A DNA stretch of 64,000 nt from Hemiscyllium ocellatum (lineage: Eukaryota), in contig NW_026867443.1 of NCBI RefSeq assembly GCF_020745735.1, positions 248,001 through 312,000 on the forward strand, given 5' to 3'. The notes under the pieces were generated by a model, which did not search any database, was not told the DNA's origin, and was given only the letters and a program-made list of their open reading frames with translations. Made by a program: the position numbers and the translations under genes. Of the stretch, positions 35,550 through 46,679 are shown one piece after another. Each line of letters starts with the position of its first letter. Position 1 is the first letter of the stretch.

Positions 35550-38315
35550 CAATAGAACAAACTTAAAGAGTTTGTATCTAAATGCACAAAGCATTCTGAG
35601 TAAGGTTGACCGAGTGATGTCACAAATCCAGGTAAATTGAGTTTCCAAGGAATTTAAACTAGTTAAAGTTGAGGAGGGCTCAGGAAAGGTTATTCAAGTT
35701 TCTAGAAGATGTAAAAGGACAGAGAATGTGGAAAGGATCAGGAATCGAACATAAAGCACAGCAGATAAGGGGACAATGATGGGAAGGAGGGCAATCAATG
35801 CAGGACTAAGGGTGTTGTACTTAAATGCACACAATATACACAATGGGCTGGTAGTGCAGATTGAAACTGGCAGGTACGATGTTGTGGGTATCACAGGGAC
35901 ATGACTGAAAGGGAATTCGGGCTGGGAACTAAATATCCAAGGTTACATGTCCTATCAAAAGGACGAGCAGATGGGCAGAGGGGGAAGAGTTGCCTTGTTA
36001 GTGAGAAATGAAATTAAATCAATTGCAAGAAGTGATGTAGAGTTAGAAGGTGTAGAATCTGTGTGGGTAGAGCTGAGGAACTGCAATAAATAAAGAATCT
36101 GATGCAAGTTATGTCCAGGTCTCCAAGCAGTAATCAGGGTGTGGGGAAGGAAATCAGTCAGGAGACAGAAAATGTCAGGGCAGACGTCAATGGATAGGTG
36201 GGCTGGGTAGTGTATCTCAAGGAAAGGATTTCATGGAATGTCGACGAGATGGACTTTGGAGCAGCTTGTGGTTGAGCCATTATGGAACAGGCAGGTCTGG
36301 ATTCAGTGATGTGTATTGAGGCAAACTTGATTAGTGAGTTTAAGGTGAAAGTATCCCTGTGGATAAGTGACCATAATACGATAGAATTCCCCCTGTAGTT
36401 TGAGAGGGAGAAGCTGCAATCAGATTGAACAGTATTTCAGTTGAGTAAAGGTAACTCAATGTGGTGGAGAATAGTGGGAAGCCCGAGGATTAGGAAGCCT
36501 TTAAAAACCTGCAGGGGATAACTGAAAAAGCATTAAGGGTGGAGAATGTGAAATGTGGGAGTTATCTAGCCAGTAATATAAAAGAAGATTGCAGGAGTTT
36601 TATCAGGTGTATAAAGAGGAAGAGGGAGTCAAAAATAGACTATGGATTACTGGAAAATGAGGCTGGAGAAGGAATAACAGGAAATGAAGGAATAGCAGAG
36701 GAATTGAATAGATATTTTGCCTCAGTCTGCACCATGGAAAACACCAGCAGTGTCCCAGTAATTCAAGACTGTCAGGGGTCGGAGGGGAGTGCAGTGGCCA
36801 TCACTAAGGAGGAGGTACTGGGGAAGCTGAAAGGTCTGAATATGGATAACGCACCCAGACTGGATGAACTACACCCATGTGTTCTGAAGGAGATCACTGA
36901 GGAGATTGTGGAGGCATTGGTGATGATCTTTCAGTAATCAATGGAGTCAGGGTATGGAGGTGAGATGGGGCCGGATTTGGTGGGGGCAAGGGACAAGAAA
37001 ATGGCTCACATACCACCCCTGTTTCAGAAAGGAGGGAGGTAGAAGGTGGGACATTGTAGGCCAGTTAGCCAGGACTCAGTTGTTGGTAAGGTTTTAGACT
37101 TCAATTTAAGGATGAAATTGCAGAGGATTGGAAGTGCAATGGCTTCATCAAGGAGACGTCATGCCTGGCAAATCTGTTAGAATTCTTTGAGGAGGCAATG
37201 AGCCAGTCAGACAAAGGAGAGTCCGAGGAAGTAATCTCTTTGGATTTCCACAAGGCATTTGACATAAGATAAGCGCCCACAGTATTAGTGGCAATGTAGT
37301 GGCATGGATTGAAGACTGGCAGGTTGGCATAAAGCAGAGCATGAGGAACAATGGCCGCTGGTGACTAGTAGAGTTCTGCAGTTGTCAATGTTATGGCCAT
37401 AACTATTCACGTTACACATTAACAATCTGGATGAAGGAAGTGAAGACACTGTTGCTAAGTTTGCAGGTGACATGAGGTAGGTGGAGGGACAGAGTGTTGA
37501 GGAAGTGGGAAGGCTGTAAAATCTCCTGGATAGGCTCGGAGAGTGGGCAAAGAAGTGGCAGATAGAATACAATGTGTGACAGTGTGAGGGTGTGCACTTC
37601 GGGAAGAAGAAGAGATGCAAAAACTGTTTGCTAAATGAGGAAAGCCTTTGGAAATCTAAAGCACAAACCTCATTCAGGTTTCCCTTCAGTTTAACAGGCA
37701 GGTCCAGTTTGTGCTTGGGAAGGCAAATGAAATGTTCGCATTCATTTCAATAGGGCCAGAATACAAGAGCAGAGATGTACTGCTGAGGCTGTGTAAGGCT
37801 CTGGTCAGACTGCATTTGGAATATTGTGAGCAGATTAGGGACCCATATTCTAAGAAACAATGTGCTGGCATTGGAGGGGTTTACAAGAATGATCCTGGGG
37901 ATGAAAGGCTTGTCATATGAGGGGTGGTTGAGGACTCTGGGTCTGTACTCAATGGCGTTTAGAAGAATGAGGAGGGATCTTATTGAAATTTGCAGAATAC
38001 AGATAGGCCTGGATATAGTCGATGCAGGACAGACTCGGGAACCAAGGCACAGCCTCAGAATGAAGGGCCGACCCTTTTGAGCTGAGGTGAGGAGGAATTT
38101 CTTCAGCCAGAAGGTGGTGAATCTGTGGAACTCATTGTTACAGAGGGCAGGGGAGGCCAAGTCACTAAGTGTACTTAAGACAGACATAGATAGGTTCGTG
38201 ATTGTGAAGGGGATCGAACGTTCCTGTGGAGTAGGCAGGAGAATGGGGGTGAGAAGCATATCTGCCAAGATCAAATGGCAGAGCAGATTCAATGGGCTGA
38301 ATGGCTGATTTCTGC
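35550..38315 (+). mobile_element. CR1 ORF2 remnant (endonuclease, RT, 3' tail)
   Basis: YLNAQSI endonuclease start, ORF 36539-36937 linker, RT remnants, tail gggctgaatggc...ttctgctcctatttctt. Confidence 0.88.
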
Positions 38316-40989
38316 TCCTATTTCTTAAAGACTTCTGGAGAGTTTCCCCAAAACCTTGGAACACTGAACCCACTGGACTGTGAGCCCTCCTGGAGCTGTT
38401 TGTCATCAGAACTTTGCCAAGAGACAACCAAAGAGTGGAGAGAGTGTGCATCCATGTGGGAATTTCAGAATGTTTCCCAGCTACTGGAATACCATGAGTA
38501 CAGGAAGTGAAGTCTGTGACAGCAGTTAGAGCTCTGGGTTTTGGAGCTTGAGCAGCAGCTGGTGTCAGTGCAGAGCGTCTGTGAGGCTGAGAGCTCCGTG
38601 GAGAGCACGTTTCTAGATATGGTCACTCTGCAGCCTCAGAGTATGCAGGGAGAGAGGGAATGGGGGAGCAGCAGACAGTCCAAAAGGATCAGGCAGCTAG
38701 TATAAGAGTCCCCTGGCATCCTACTCTCCAACCAGGATACAGTTCAGAATCCTGATGAGAATGATGGTTCATCTGGAGAGTGCAGCCAGAGCCAAGTCCA
38801 TGGCATCACTGGTGACTCAGCTATAATGGGGGGTTGCCGGGGCGGGGGGGGAGGTGGGGGTGGTATTAGCAAGACTGGAAGAGTGATCGTGAAAGGAGAT
38901 TTGAGACTGAGGGCATCGATAGGTATTTCTGCAGCTGCAGATGGGAATCCAGGATGGTGTGTTGTCTCCCTGGTGCCAGCGTCAAGGATGTCACTGAGCG
39001 ACTGCAGAGCACCCTGAGGGGAGAGGGGGAACAGACAGCAGTCGTGGTCCACATCGGTCCCAGTGACAGTGGGAGAAAAGGGATGTAGTCCTGCAGTCAG
39101 AATTTAGGGAGCTCAGAAGGGAATTAACATCAGGAACTCAAAAGTAGGAATCTTCAGATTACTCCCAGTGGCCCAGGCAAGTGACAAGAGGAGCAGGAGG
39201 ATAACACAAGTGACTGTGGGGCTGGGAAGAGGATCCAGGAGGGAGGGTTTTAGATTCTTGTGACATTGGGAGTGGGTCTGGGGGAGATGGGACCTGGATA
39301 GACCAGACAGCGTTGCTCCTGAACAGAGCTGGCACTGAGCTCCTTTGAGGTGATCTACTCGTGCTGTTGGAGAGGGTTTAAACTAACTTGGCAGAGCTGT
39401 GGGAGTCAGGAGGGACTGTCAGAGAGGAACACCAAGGTCCACAGAATCATCAGTGCAGTCAATAATTTACCACCCAATGGGAAGGATTTAGAGGGATACA
39501 TTTGCAAGGAATTTACAGTGACCTGCAAATATAATAGTCATTACAAATGGGGTTGGGGGGGGGGGAATTTCTTTAATTTCTGAATATAGACTGGGGTAGT
39601 AGCAGTGTGAAGGACAGAGGGGCCAGAGTCGTGAGAGTGTGTTCATGTGAATTTTCTCCAGCCGCATGTTTCCAGTCCAATGAGAAAGGAGGCTCTGCTA
39701 GATCTGGATCTTGGGAATGAGGAGGCCCAAGTGGATCAAGTGTCAGTGAGAGGACAGTTAAGGAAGAGTGATCATTGTATCACAAAGTTGAGGGTGACGG
39801 TAGAAAAGAACAAAGGCCATTTCAGGGTCAAACCTCTTCACTGAGGAAAATGCCAGCTTCTATAGGATATGGATATATCGGATCTGAATAAAGTGGGATC
39901 AAAGGTTGGCAGGAAAGTCCTGAAAAGAATAGTAGAGGATGTGGACCAGGTATAGTCGAGATACATTTGAAGGAGGGCAAACAATTCCTGAACTTACTCA
40001 AGGGCAAAAGTGGTAGAATCATGGTAAATAAGAAAAGGGCAAAAGAGTAACTAGAGAGAGAATAGGGCCCCATGAAGATGAACAATGTACCTCTGGGTGG
40101 ATCCACAGGAAATGGTTTAGGTCTTAAATGAATATTCCAGGTCAGTATTTATCATGGAGAAAGACATGGAAATTTGGGAACTTGGGAAGTAAATAGTAAT
40201 GTCTTGACACAAGTCCACATTATAGAAGAGGATTTCTTAAAGTGCAAGACGGTAGATAAATCTCCAGGACCTGATCAGGTGTATCCCAGGACATTGTGGA
40301 AAGCTAGGAAAGAGATTGCTGGACCCCTTGCTGAGGTATGTTTCTGATTGACCGCCATGAGTGAGGTTCTGGAGAACCAGAGAGGTTGGCTAATGTTAGC
40401 CATTATTTAAGAAAGGCTGTAAGGAAAAGGCAGGGAACTATAAACCAGTGAGTCTGATGTCATTGCTGGGTAAGTTATTGGAGTGAATTCTGAGGGACAG
40501 GATTTGCATGCATTTGGAAATTAATGCAGTTTTGTGCATGGTAATCGTGTCTCACTAACATGATTGAGGTTGTTTGAAGAGAAGATTGGTGTAGGCAGAA
40601 CAGTATACACTGTCTATATGGACTTCAGCAAAGCATTTGACAAGGTTCGACATGATAGACTGATTAGTAAGATTAGGCCACATGGGATCCAGGGGGAGCT
40701 AGCCATTTGGGTAAAAAAAAATGACTTCAAGATAGGAGACAGAGAGTGGTGGTAAGTGGTTGCTTTTCAGACTGGAGGTCAGATGTCAGCTGTGTGCCAC
40801 AAGGATTGGTGCTGGGTCCATGGCTTTTAATCATTTAAATAAATGATTTGGACGTGAATATAGGAATTATGGCGAGTTTGTAAATGACACCAAAATTGGT
40901 GGTACAGTGGATAGTGAAGAAGCATATCTGAGAGTACAGTGGGACCTTGATCATTTGGGGAAATGGGCAGAGGTGTGGCAAATGGACAA

Positions 40990-41198
40990 AAGTGCAGACT
41001 GCAGATGCTGGAAACCAGAGTTTAGATCAGAGTGGTGCTGGAAAAGCACAGCATGTCAGGCAGCATCCGAGGAGCAGAAAAATCGACTTTTCAGCTAGAG
41101 GAATACTGACGAAGGGCTTTTGCCTGAAACGTCAATTATCCTGCTCCTCGGATGTTGCCTGACCTGCTGTGCTTTTCCAGCACCGCTCTGATCTAAAC
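40990..41198. mobile_element. Penelope pLTR fold-back (75-bp arms) with hammerhead core at 41106-41133
   Basis: 41020-41094 pairs with 41124-41198; CTGACGA-A-GGGC tttt GCCT-GAAA-CGTC. Confidence 0.85.
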
Positions 41199-41321
41199 GT
41201 GTGACAAATGGAGTTCAATTTAGATAAATGTGAGATGTTGCATTTTGGAAAATCAAACCAGGGCAGGACTTGTACTGTTAATGGTGGGGCCCTGTGGGGT
41301 GTTGCTCAACAAAGTGACCTC

Positions 41322-41463
41322 GGGGTGCAGGGGCAGGGGCAAGTGCAGGGTGCAGGGGCAGGGGCAGTGGCCGGTGCAGGGGCAGGGGCAGTGGCAGGTG
41401 CAGGGTGCAGGGGCAGGTGCAGGGGCAGTGGCAGGGGCAGGTGCATGGGCAGGGGCAGGGGCA
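41322..41463. repeat. G-rich hexamer repeat (GCAGGG/GCAGGT/GCAGTG)n
   Basis: About 23 six-base units inside the CR1. Confidence 0.9.
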
Positions 41464-42129
41464 TTATTCCTTGACAGTGAAGTCATAGGGAGACGGAGAT
41501 GAAGAAGGTGTTGGGTACACTTGCCTTTATTGGTCACTGCACTAAGTATCAGAGTTGGGACATCATTTGCAGCTGTACAGGAAATTGGTGAGGCTACTTT
41601 GGGAATAATGTGAACAATTCTGATCATCCTGTGATAGGAAGGATGCTGTTAAACTTAAAATTCTGGAGAAAAGATTTACATGGATGTTGCCTGGAACTGG
41701 AGGGTTTGAACTGTCGGAAGAGGTTATTTTTCCTGCAGGATCGGAGACTGAGGGGTGGCCTTATAGATGTTTATAAAATCTTGACAGGCATGGACAGGGT
41801 GTACATCCCAGGTCTTTGCCTTGGGAAAGGGAATGCAAAACTAGAGGGTATAGGTTTAAGATGAGAGGCAAAAGATCCAAAAGGGACCTGAGGGGTAACT
41901 TGTCACACAGAGGGTGGTGCGTGTCCAGATCGAGCTGTCAGAGAAAATGCTGGAGACAGATACAATTATAACATTTAAAAGATGTTTGGATGGGTACATG
42001 AATAGGAAGGGTTTAGAGGGATGTGGGCTAAATGCTGGCAAATGGGATGAGGTCAGTTTTGGATATCTAGTTAGCATGGAGGAGTTAGACCGAAAGATCT
42101 GTTTCCACGCTGTCTGACTCTGTGAACAT

Positions 42130-42950
42130 TAGTGGCTGGAAAAACTGAGATCTTTTACCCTGAAGTGCCGGAGGCTGAGGAGTGACCTTATAGAGGTTTA
42201 TAAAATCATGAGGGACATAAATAATGTGAATAATGCAGGAAGGAGGTGAATGTTTTGTAGAGCTGGCAAACATATGCACAAAGATCATTCCAGAGATGAG
42301 GAATATCAGTTCTGAAGATAGATTGGAGAATTTGGGACTGTCTTCTTTGGAGAAAATTACAGATCACACAACATCAGGTTATAGTCCAACAGGTTAATGT
42401 GGAAGCACTAGCTTTTGGAGCACCGCTGACAACCATTTGATGAAGGAGGGGCGCTCCGAAAGCTAGTGCTTCCAAATAAACCCCCTGTTGGACTATAACC
42501 TGGTGTTGTGTGATTTTTAACTTTGTCCACCCCAGTCCAACACCGGCACCTTCAAGTCTTTGGAGAAGGCAGCGAGGAGAATTGTTCCAGAAATTCAAAA
42601 TCAGGAGGGGCCTGGAACAGAGTAAATAGGGAGAAAATGATTCCACTTGTGAAAGGATTGAGACCGAGAGGCCACAGATTGAAAGTAATTGGAAAAGTAA
42701 GAAAAGTGAGATGAGGGAAAACATTTTCAGCCAGTGAGTGGTTAAGGTGTGGAATGCACTGCCTGAGAGTGTGGTGGAGGCAGCTTCAATTGAAACATTC
42801 CGAAGGGAATGAGACTGTTATTTGAAAAGGAACAATGTGCAGGGTGACAGGGAGAAGGCAGGAGAATGACACTCAGTGAATTGCTCATTCGGAGAGCTAG
42901 TCCAGACAGGATGGAAGGAATGGCCTCCTTGTGCACTGTAACAATTCTGT
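42130..42950 (+). mobile_element. CR1 3' fragments with a Penelope pLTR fold-back at 42363-42551
   Basis: 42363-42421 pairs with 42453-42514; TTGATGA-AGGAG gggcg CTCC-GAAA-GCTA. Confidence 0.75.
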
Positions 42951-43007
42951 GATTGTGTGATTGAGCAGAGTTAAAGCTGGGGGAGGTGGGAGCTCGGTGT
43001 CTCACTG

Positions 43008-43008
<1 letters not shown>

Positions 43009-43041
<33 letters not shown>
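43009..43041. repeat. (GCT)11 trinucleotide repeat in the J-C intron
   Basis: Direct inspection. Confidence 0.95.
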
Positions 43042-43042
<1 letters not shown>

Positions 43043-43417
43043 AGGTCAGTGAGATCAGAGACTGGGACAGGGAGCCAGAGCTCACATCAAACTCTGCCCC
43101 GTGTCCGTCACACTGAGACTGGCAGGAGGCTACTCACTGATTTCACTCCATGCTGCAGGAATGGGACCACAGGCTGCAAATGGACAGAGCTCCTCCACAC
43201 GGTGAGTAAAACTTACTGACTTATATCTTGCTTTTTTTAAAGAGGGCATGAAAGTAAAGAAATACAGCTGGACACCCTGTTAGACACAGTGCTCCTCAAT
43301 CAACCATTTCATTCACTGCAGCTCCCCACTAACACCTTCAACAAATCAGTAACTGTATTTTAGAAAGTGTGTTTCAGTATTGACAGGGTTAATAACAGAG
43401 GATTGAGGTTTACTTAC

Positions 43418-43448
43418 TCAGTCTGAGCTTGGTTCCTTTACCGAACGT
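43418..43448 (-). CDS. IGKJ: Ig kappa J segment ([10 protein letters not shown]), pre-joined to V
   Basis: ACG TTC GGT AAA GGA ACC AAG CTC AGA CTG A|GTAAGT: FGxG motif and canonical phase-1 donor at 43417-43412. No heptamer/nonamer between V and J. Confidence 0.95.
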
Positions 43449-43742
43449 AGGAGCTGCTACCCTGCTGACAGTAATAGTCAGCGACATCCTCATTCTGAAC
43501 GTTGCTGATTGTCAGGGTGAAACTGGTCCCTGATCCACTGCCGGTGAATCGATCGGAGATTCCTGTGAATCGAGTTGCTGCAGCATAGATCAGGAGAGAG
43601 GGTTTCTGATCTTCTCGCTGCTGGTACCAAACAAGGTAGCTGCTAATGCTTTGACTGGCCTTACAGGTGATGGTTGCGGTCTGGCCCAGTCCCACTGACA
43701 GCACCGGGGGAGACTGGGTCATGGTGATGTCCCCACTGATAC
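43449..43742 (-). CDS. IGKV: Ig kappa (type III/NS4-like) V segment, open frame, fused directly to J
   Basis: Acceptor ...ctctgacccctcAG|GT at 43743/43742. Translates [98 protein letters not shown], with both Cys, the core Trp and DxADYYC. Confidence 0.97.
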
Positions 43743-43928
43743 CTGAGGGGTCAGAGAGAAACACAGTGAAGTCAGAACTGTCACACAAAGAGCCAGTCAA
43801 ATGAGAGATTGTTGGAGACACTGAGCATTCCTCTGGTTTCAGCATTTTCCCTTCAATCACAAGTCAGTGGAATTGGAGTGAAATGGAGAGCAGCTAAAGA
43901 TTCAAGGTGGAAGGAGAGAGATTTGTAC

Positions 43929-43977
43929 CTGCGACACAGAATGCCAGGGGCCAGATCAGCTGGATGTGTGAAATCAT
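43929..43977 (-). CDS. IGKV: Ig kappa leader exon (MISHIQLIWPLAFCVA-G)
   Basis: ATG at 43977 in Kozak context (accATG); 16 hydrophobic codons plus 1 nt, then GT donor at 43928-43927 (GCAG|GTACAA). The 186-bp intron 43743-43928 ends in a pyrimidine tract and CAG. Confidence 0.93.
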
Positions 43978-44037
43978 GGTGTGTGCTCCTGTCCCTGTGC
44001 CTGGTTCCTGATAAACTCTCCCTTCACTGGGCTCTGC

Positions 44038-44117
44038 TTTATAAAGCTGCAGCCTGTGAGAGTCTGACTGGGTGTTCCTCAGTATGTAAATGGGATCAGG
44101 CAGAGAGAGCCACGTCA
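44038..44117 (-). promoter_or_regulatory. V-kappa promoter: TATA box, variant octamer, CRE/UPRE-like site
   Basis: On minus: TATAAA at 44043-44038; ATTTACAT (one mismatch to ATTTGCAT) at 44091-44084, ~107 bp upstream of the ATG; TGACGTGG at 44117-44110. Confidence 0.7.
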
Positions 44118-44128
44118 GCCCCTCACAC

Positions 44129-44131
<3 letters not shown>

Positions 44132-44177
<46 letters not shown>
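44132..44177. repeat. (CT)23 microsatellite just upstream of the V promoter
   Basis: Direct inspection. Confidence 0.95.
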
Positions 44178-44182
<5 letters not shown>

Positions 44183-45179
44183 AGAGTCATTGATGTGAAC
44201 AACATTGAATGAGGCCATTTGGCCCATTGTGTCTGTGCTGGTAAACAGCGATCTGATGACACTAATCCCATCCTCCAGCTATTGGCCCGTTACCCTGGAG
44301 GTTACAGCAACACAAGGGAATATCTAAACACTGCTCCAATGTCACGAGAGTTTGTGACTCAACCAGCCTTTCAGGCAGTGAGTTCCAGACTCCCACCACC
44401 CTCTGGGTGAAAACATTTCTTCTCAACTCTCCTCTCACTCTCCAATTCTCCAACTCGCCTGGCCATGGACTCACTCGTGTTCAGAACGATGAGAGGGGAT
44501 CTGATTGAAACATATAAAATTGTAACAGGGCAGGGCAGGGAGGAGGTTTCCCCTGTTGGGGAGTCTGGAACCAGGGGACACAGGCTCAGCGGGATAGAGG
44601 GTAGACCATTTAGGACTGAGATGAGGAAACATTTCTTCACTCAGAGGGTGGTCAACCTGTGGAATTCACTACCACTGAAGGCTGTGGAGGACAAGGAACT
44701 GAATATATTCAAGAAAACAAGAGAGATAATTGTTTTGCATTTTAACAACTTGAAGAGAATGGGGAGAAGGCAGGAATATGGCTTTGAGAGAGAGGATCAG
44801 CCATAGATCATAGAATGCCTACAGTGTGGAAACAGGCCATTTGGCCCGACAAGCCCACACTGACCCTCGAAGAAATTATGACATTCAAAAATTGATACAG
44901 CCATGATCATACTGAATGACAGAGCAGACTCAAAGGGCCGAATGGCCTACTGCTGCTCCAAGTTTCTACGTGTCCATGTCTGTGTTACCTTCAATCTCTG
45001 TACCAGGTTTTTAAGTCTTTTACTCATGTAAAAAGTGCCATCCTACCTACCCTGTCACTGTTCTGAATAATCTTATCCCTCTCTATCAGGTCCCTGTTAA
45101 GCCTTCACTGCTCAAAGCTCACATTCAGGCAGCATCCTGGGAAATCTCCCCTGTACCCTCTCAGGTACAATCACATTCT

Positions 45180-45930
45180 TCCCAGAGTGTGGTGACCAGG
45201 ACCTGTCCCTCTCTCTCTCTGACTCACATCTGCCATTTCTTTCTCTCTACCTCTACCTCTCTCTCCCACTGTTAATCTCTTTCATGTTCTCTCTCTCTCT
45301 CTCCCTCTCTCTCTCACACACACACACACACACTCTGTCTCATAGCCACTCTCTCCAACTCACTGATGCTTTCTCACTCCATCTTATCATCTGTTTCTCC
45401 ATCTCTCACTGCCTCTGTTACTCGCTCCCTCTCTCACTTCAATTAAAAGCCTCCAATTGTTATCTGTCACTCTCTATTCCTCCCTCTTTCTCTCTCCTTC
45501 CCTCTCGACCTCCCAATTTACAGTCTCTCTCCCTCTCTCTCTCTGTCATTATAAATCTACCCATACTCATCTCTCTCTCTCACACTCAACCCTACCCTCC
45601 CTCTCAACTCTCTTCATGCTTAGTCTCACACCCATCCTGTCTCTCACTCTCTCTCTCTCCTTGTCTCTTTCTCTCTCTCCATCCCTCTCAGTCACACTGT
45701 CTCACATCTTATTTCACTCTCTATCCCTCAGCCTCACCATTTCTACCTCCCTCTAACTCTCTCGGTCCCCTCACATATCTTACACCGTATCAGATGCTCG
45801 TCCCTCTATCTCTCTCTCTCACTTTCTTTCTTTCTTTCTCTCTCTCTCACTCACACACACACACACACGCACGCCCACACTCACTATTTTTCCCTCCATC
45901 TCTCTCTGTCTCACTGCTCTCTCTTTCTGA
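45180..45930. repeat. Pyrimidine-rich (CT/CA) low-complexity tract
   Basis: ~750 bp almost free of G on the plus strand. Confidence 0.85.
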
Positions 45931-46679
45931 CAGTGTCCTGGGTGGTGACAGTTGAATGCAGGATAAATCTCCCTCTGCTCTGCTCCACTAATGGATGTTA
46001 ACCCTTGACCCCTGTCTTCTTCTGGAGTAAGGCCCCATTTCCACGTTGACCAGCGTTTGGCCTCTCTCAGGAAGATGGACAGATTCTGGTCAAATGAAGG
46101 GCAGTTCTGTGCAGTTCTGTGCTGTTGGCCTATTCTCACTGGGGACTGATTTGGACACAAAGCTCATTCCATGAAGGCCTAGCAGAGAGAGGAGATCCTC
46201 AGATCATCAGCGCGAGTTGGAGGCACAGGACAAGCTCTGACCCACTGACCCATCCTGTCCATTCACAACATGTTCCAATCCCTTCCCCTCTCCTTCCCCT
46301 TCCATGGTCAGTCTTTTCTGAAATGGAGTGGTCCCTTCCCTGTCTCACACCAAGGAGGAGATGGACAGATATTTAATGGGTAATGGTTTAAAGGATGATG
46401 GAGAGTGGGCAGGAAAGTGGAGTTGAGTCTGAGATGGGATCAGCCATGATTGTATTAAATGGTGGAGTGGGCTCGAGGGGCTGAATTGCCTGCTCCTGCT
46501 CCTAGTTCTTATGTTCCTCCACCCTCTCCCCCATCCCTCTTACTGCAACTTTGTGAACATTCGTGGAATGTTTGGACATTGAACGAGTTATGTGAATTCA
46601 AGATTTGTGTGGATTTAATGTGGGGACAGAATTGCACACGGGCTGTGATAGCTCCTGCGGTTGAATATCCTGCTGGCAG

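Larger units (their letters stand above)
38420..42120 (+). mobile_element. CR1 with ORF1 (esterase-type) and ORF2 remnants; nested insertions at 41.0-41.2 and 41.3-41.5 kb
   Basis: ORF1-like CASMWEF and CVVSLVPASRM; RT YMDFSKAFDKVRHDRL; HER1-type tail near 42100. Confidence 0.8.
43418..43977 (-). pseudogene. Joined VJ-kappa with out-of-frame junction (non-productive as assembled)
   Basis: Junction TGT CAG CAG GGT AGC AGC TCC T|ACG TTC GGT AAA puts J +1 nt from the V frame. The V frame reads YVR then TAA at 43440-43438. Confidence 0.85.

Noticed and set aside
41208-41627. Gly/Gln/Ala-rich ORFs (collagen- or silk-like)
   Set aside because: Translation of the GCAGGG hexamer expansion within a CR1.
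42971-43009. CACAGTG (minus) next to the CAG repeat as an RSS
   Set aside because: No credible nonamer at a 12- or 23-bp spacer.
43455-43461. Cryptic donor AGG|GTAGCA that would splice V in frame to C
   Set aside because: Very poor donor consensus, competing with a canonical GTAAGT 40 nt downstream.
43762-43791. Perfect CACAGTG heptamer in the leader-V intron as a cryptic RSS
   Set aside because: The nonamer at a 12-bp spacer matches only 4/9 (6/9 at a non-canonical 14 bp).
43743-43860. N-terminal part of ORF 43438..43860 as protein
   Set aside because: It starts at GTG inside the leader-V intron; the real start is the spliced leader at 43977.
45284-45955. 223-aa Ser/Leu-rich ORF
   Set aside because: Translation of CT low-complexity DNA.
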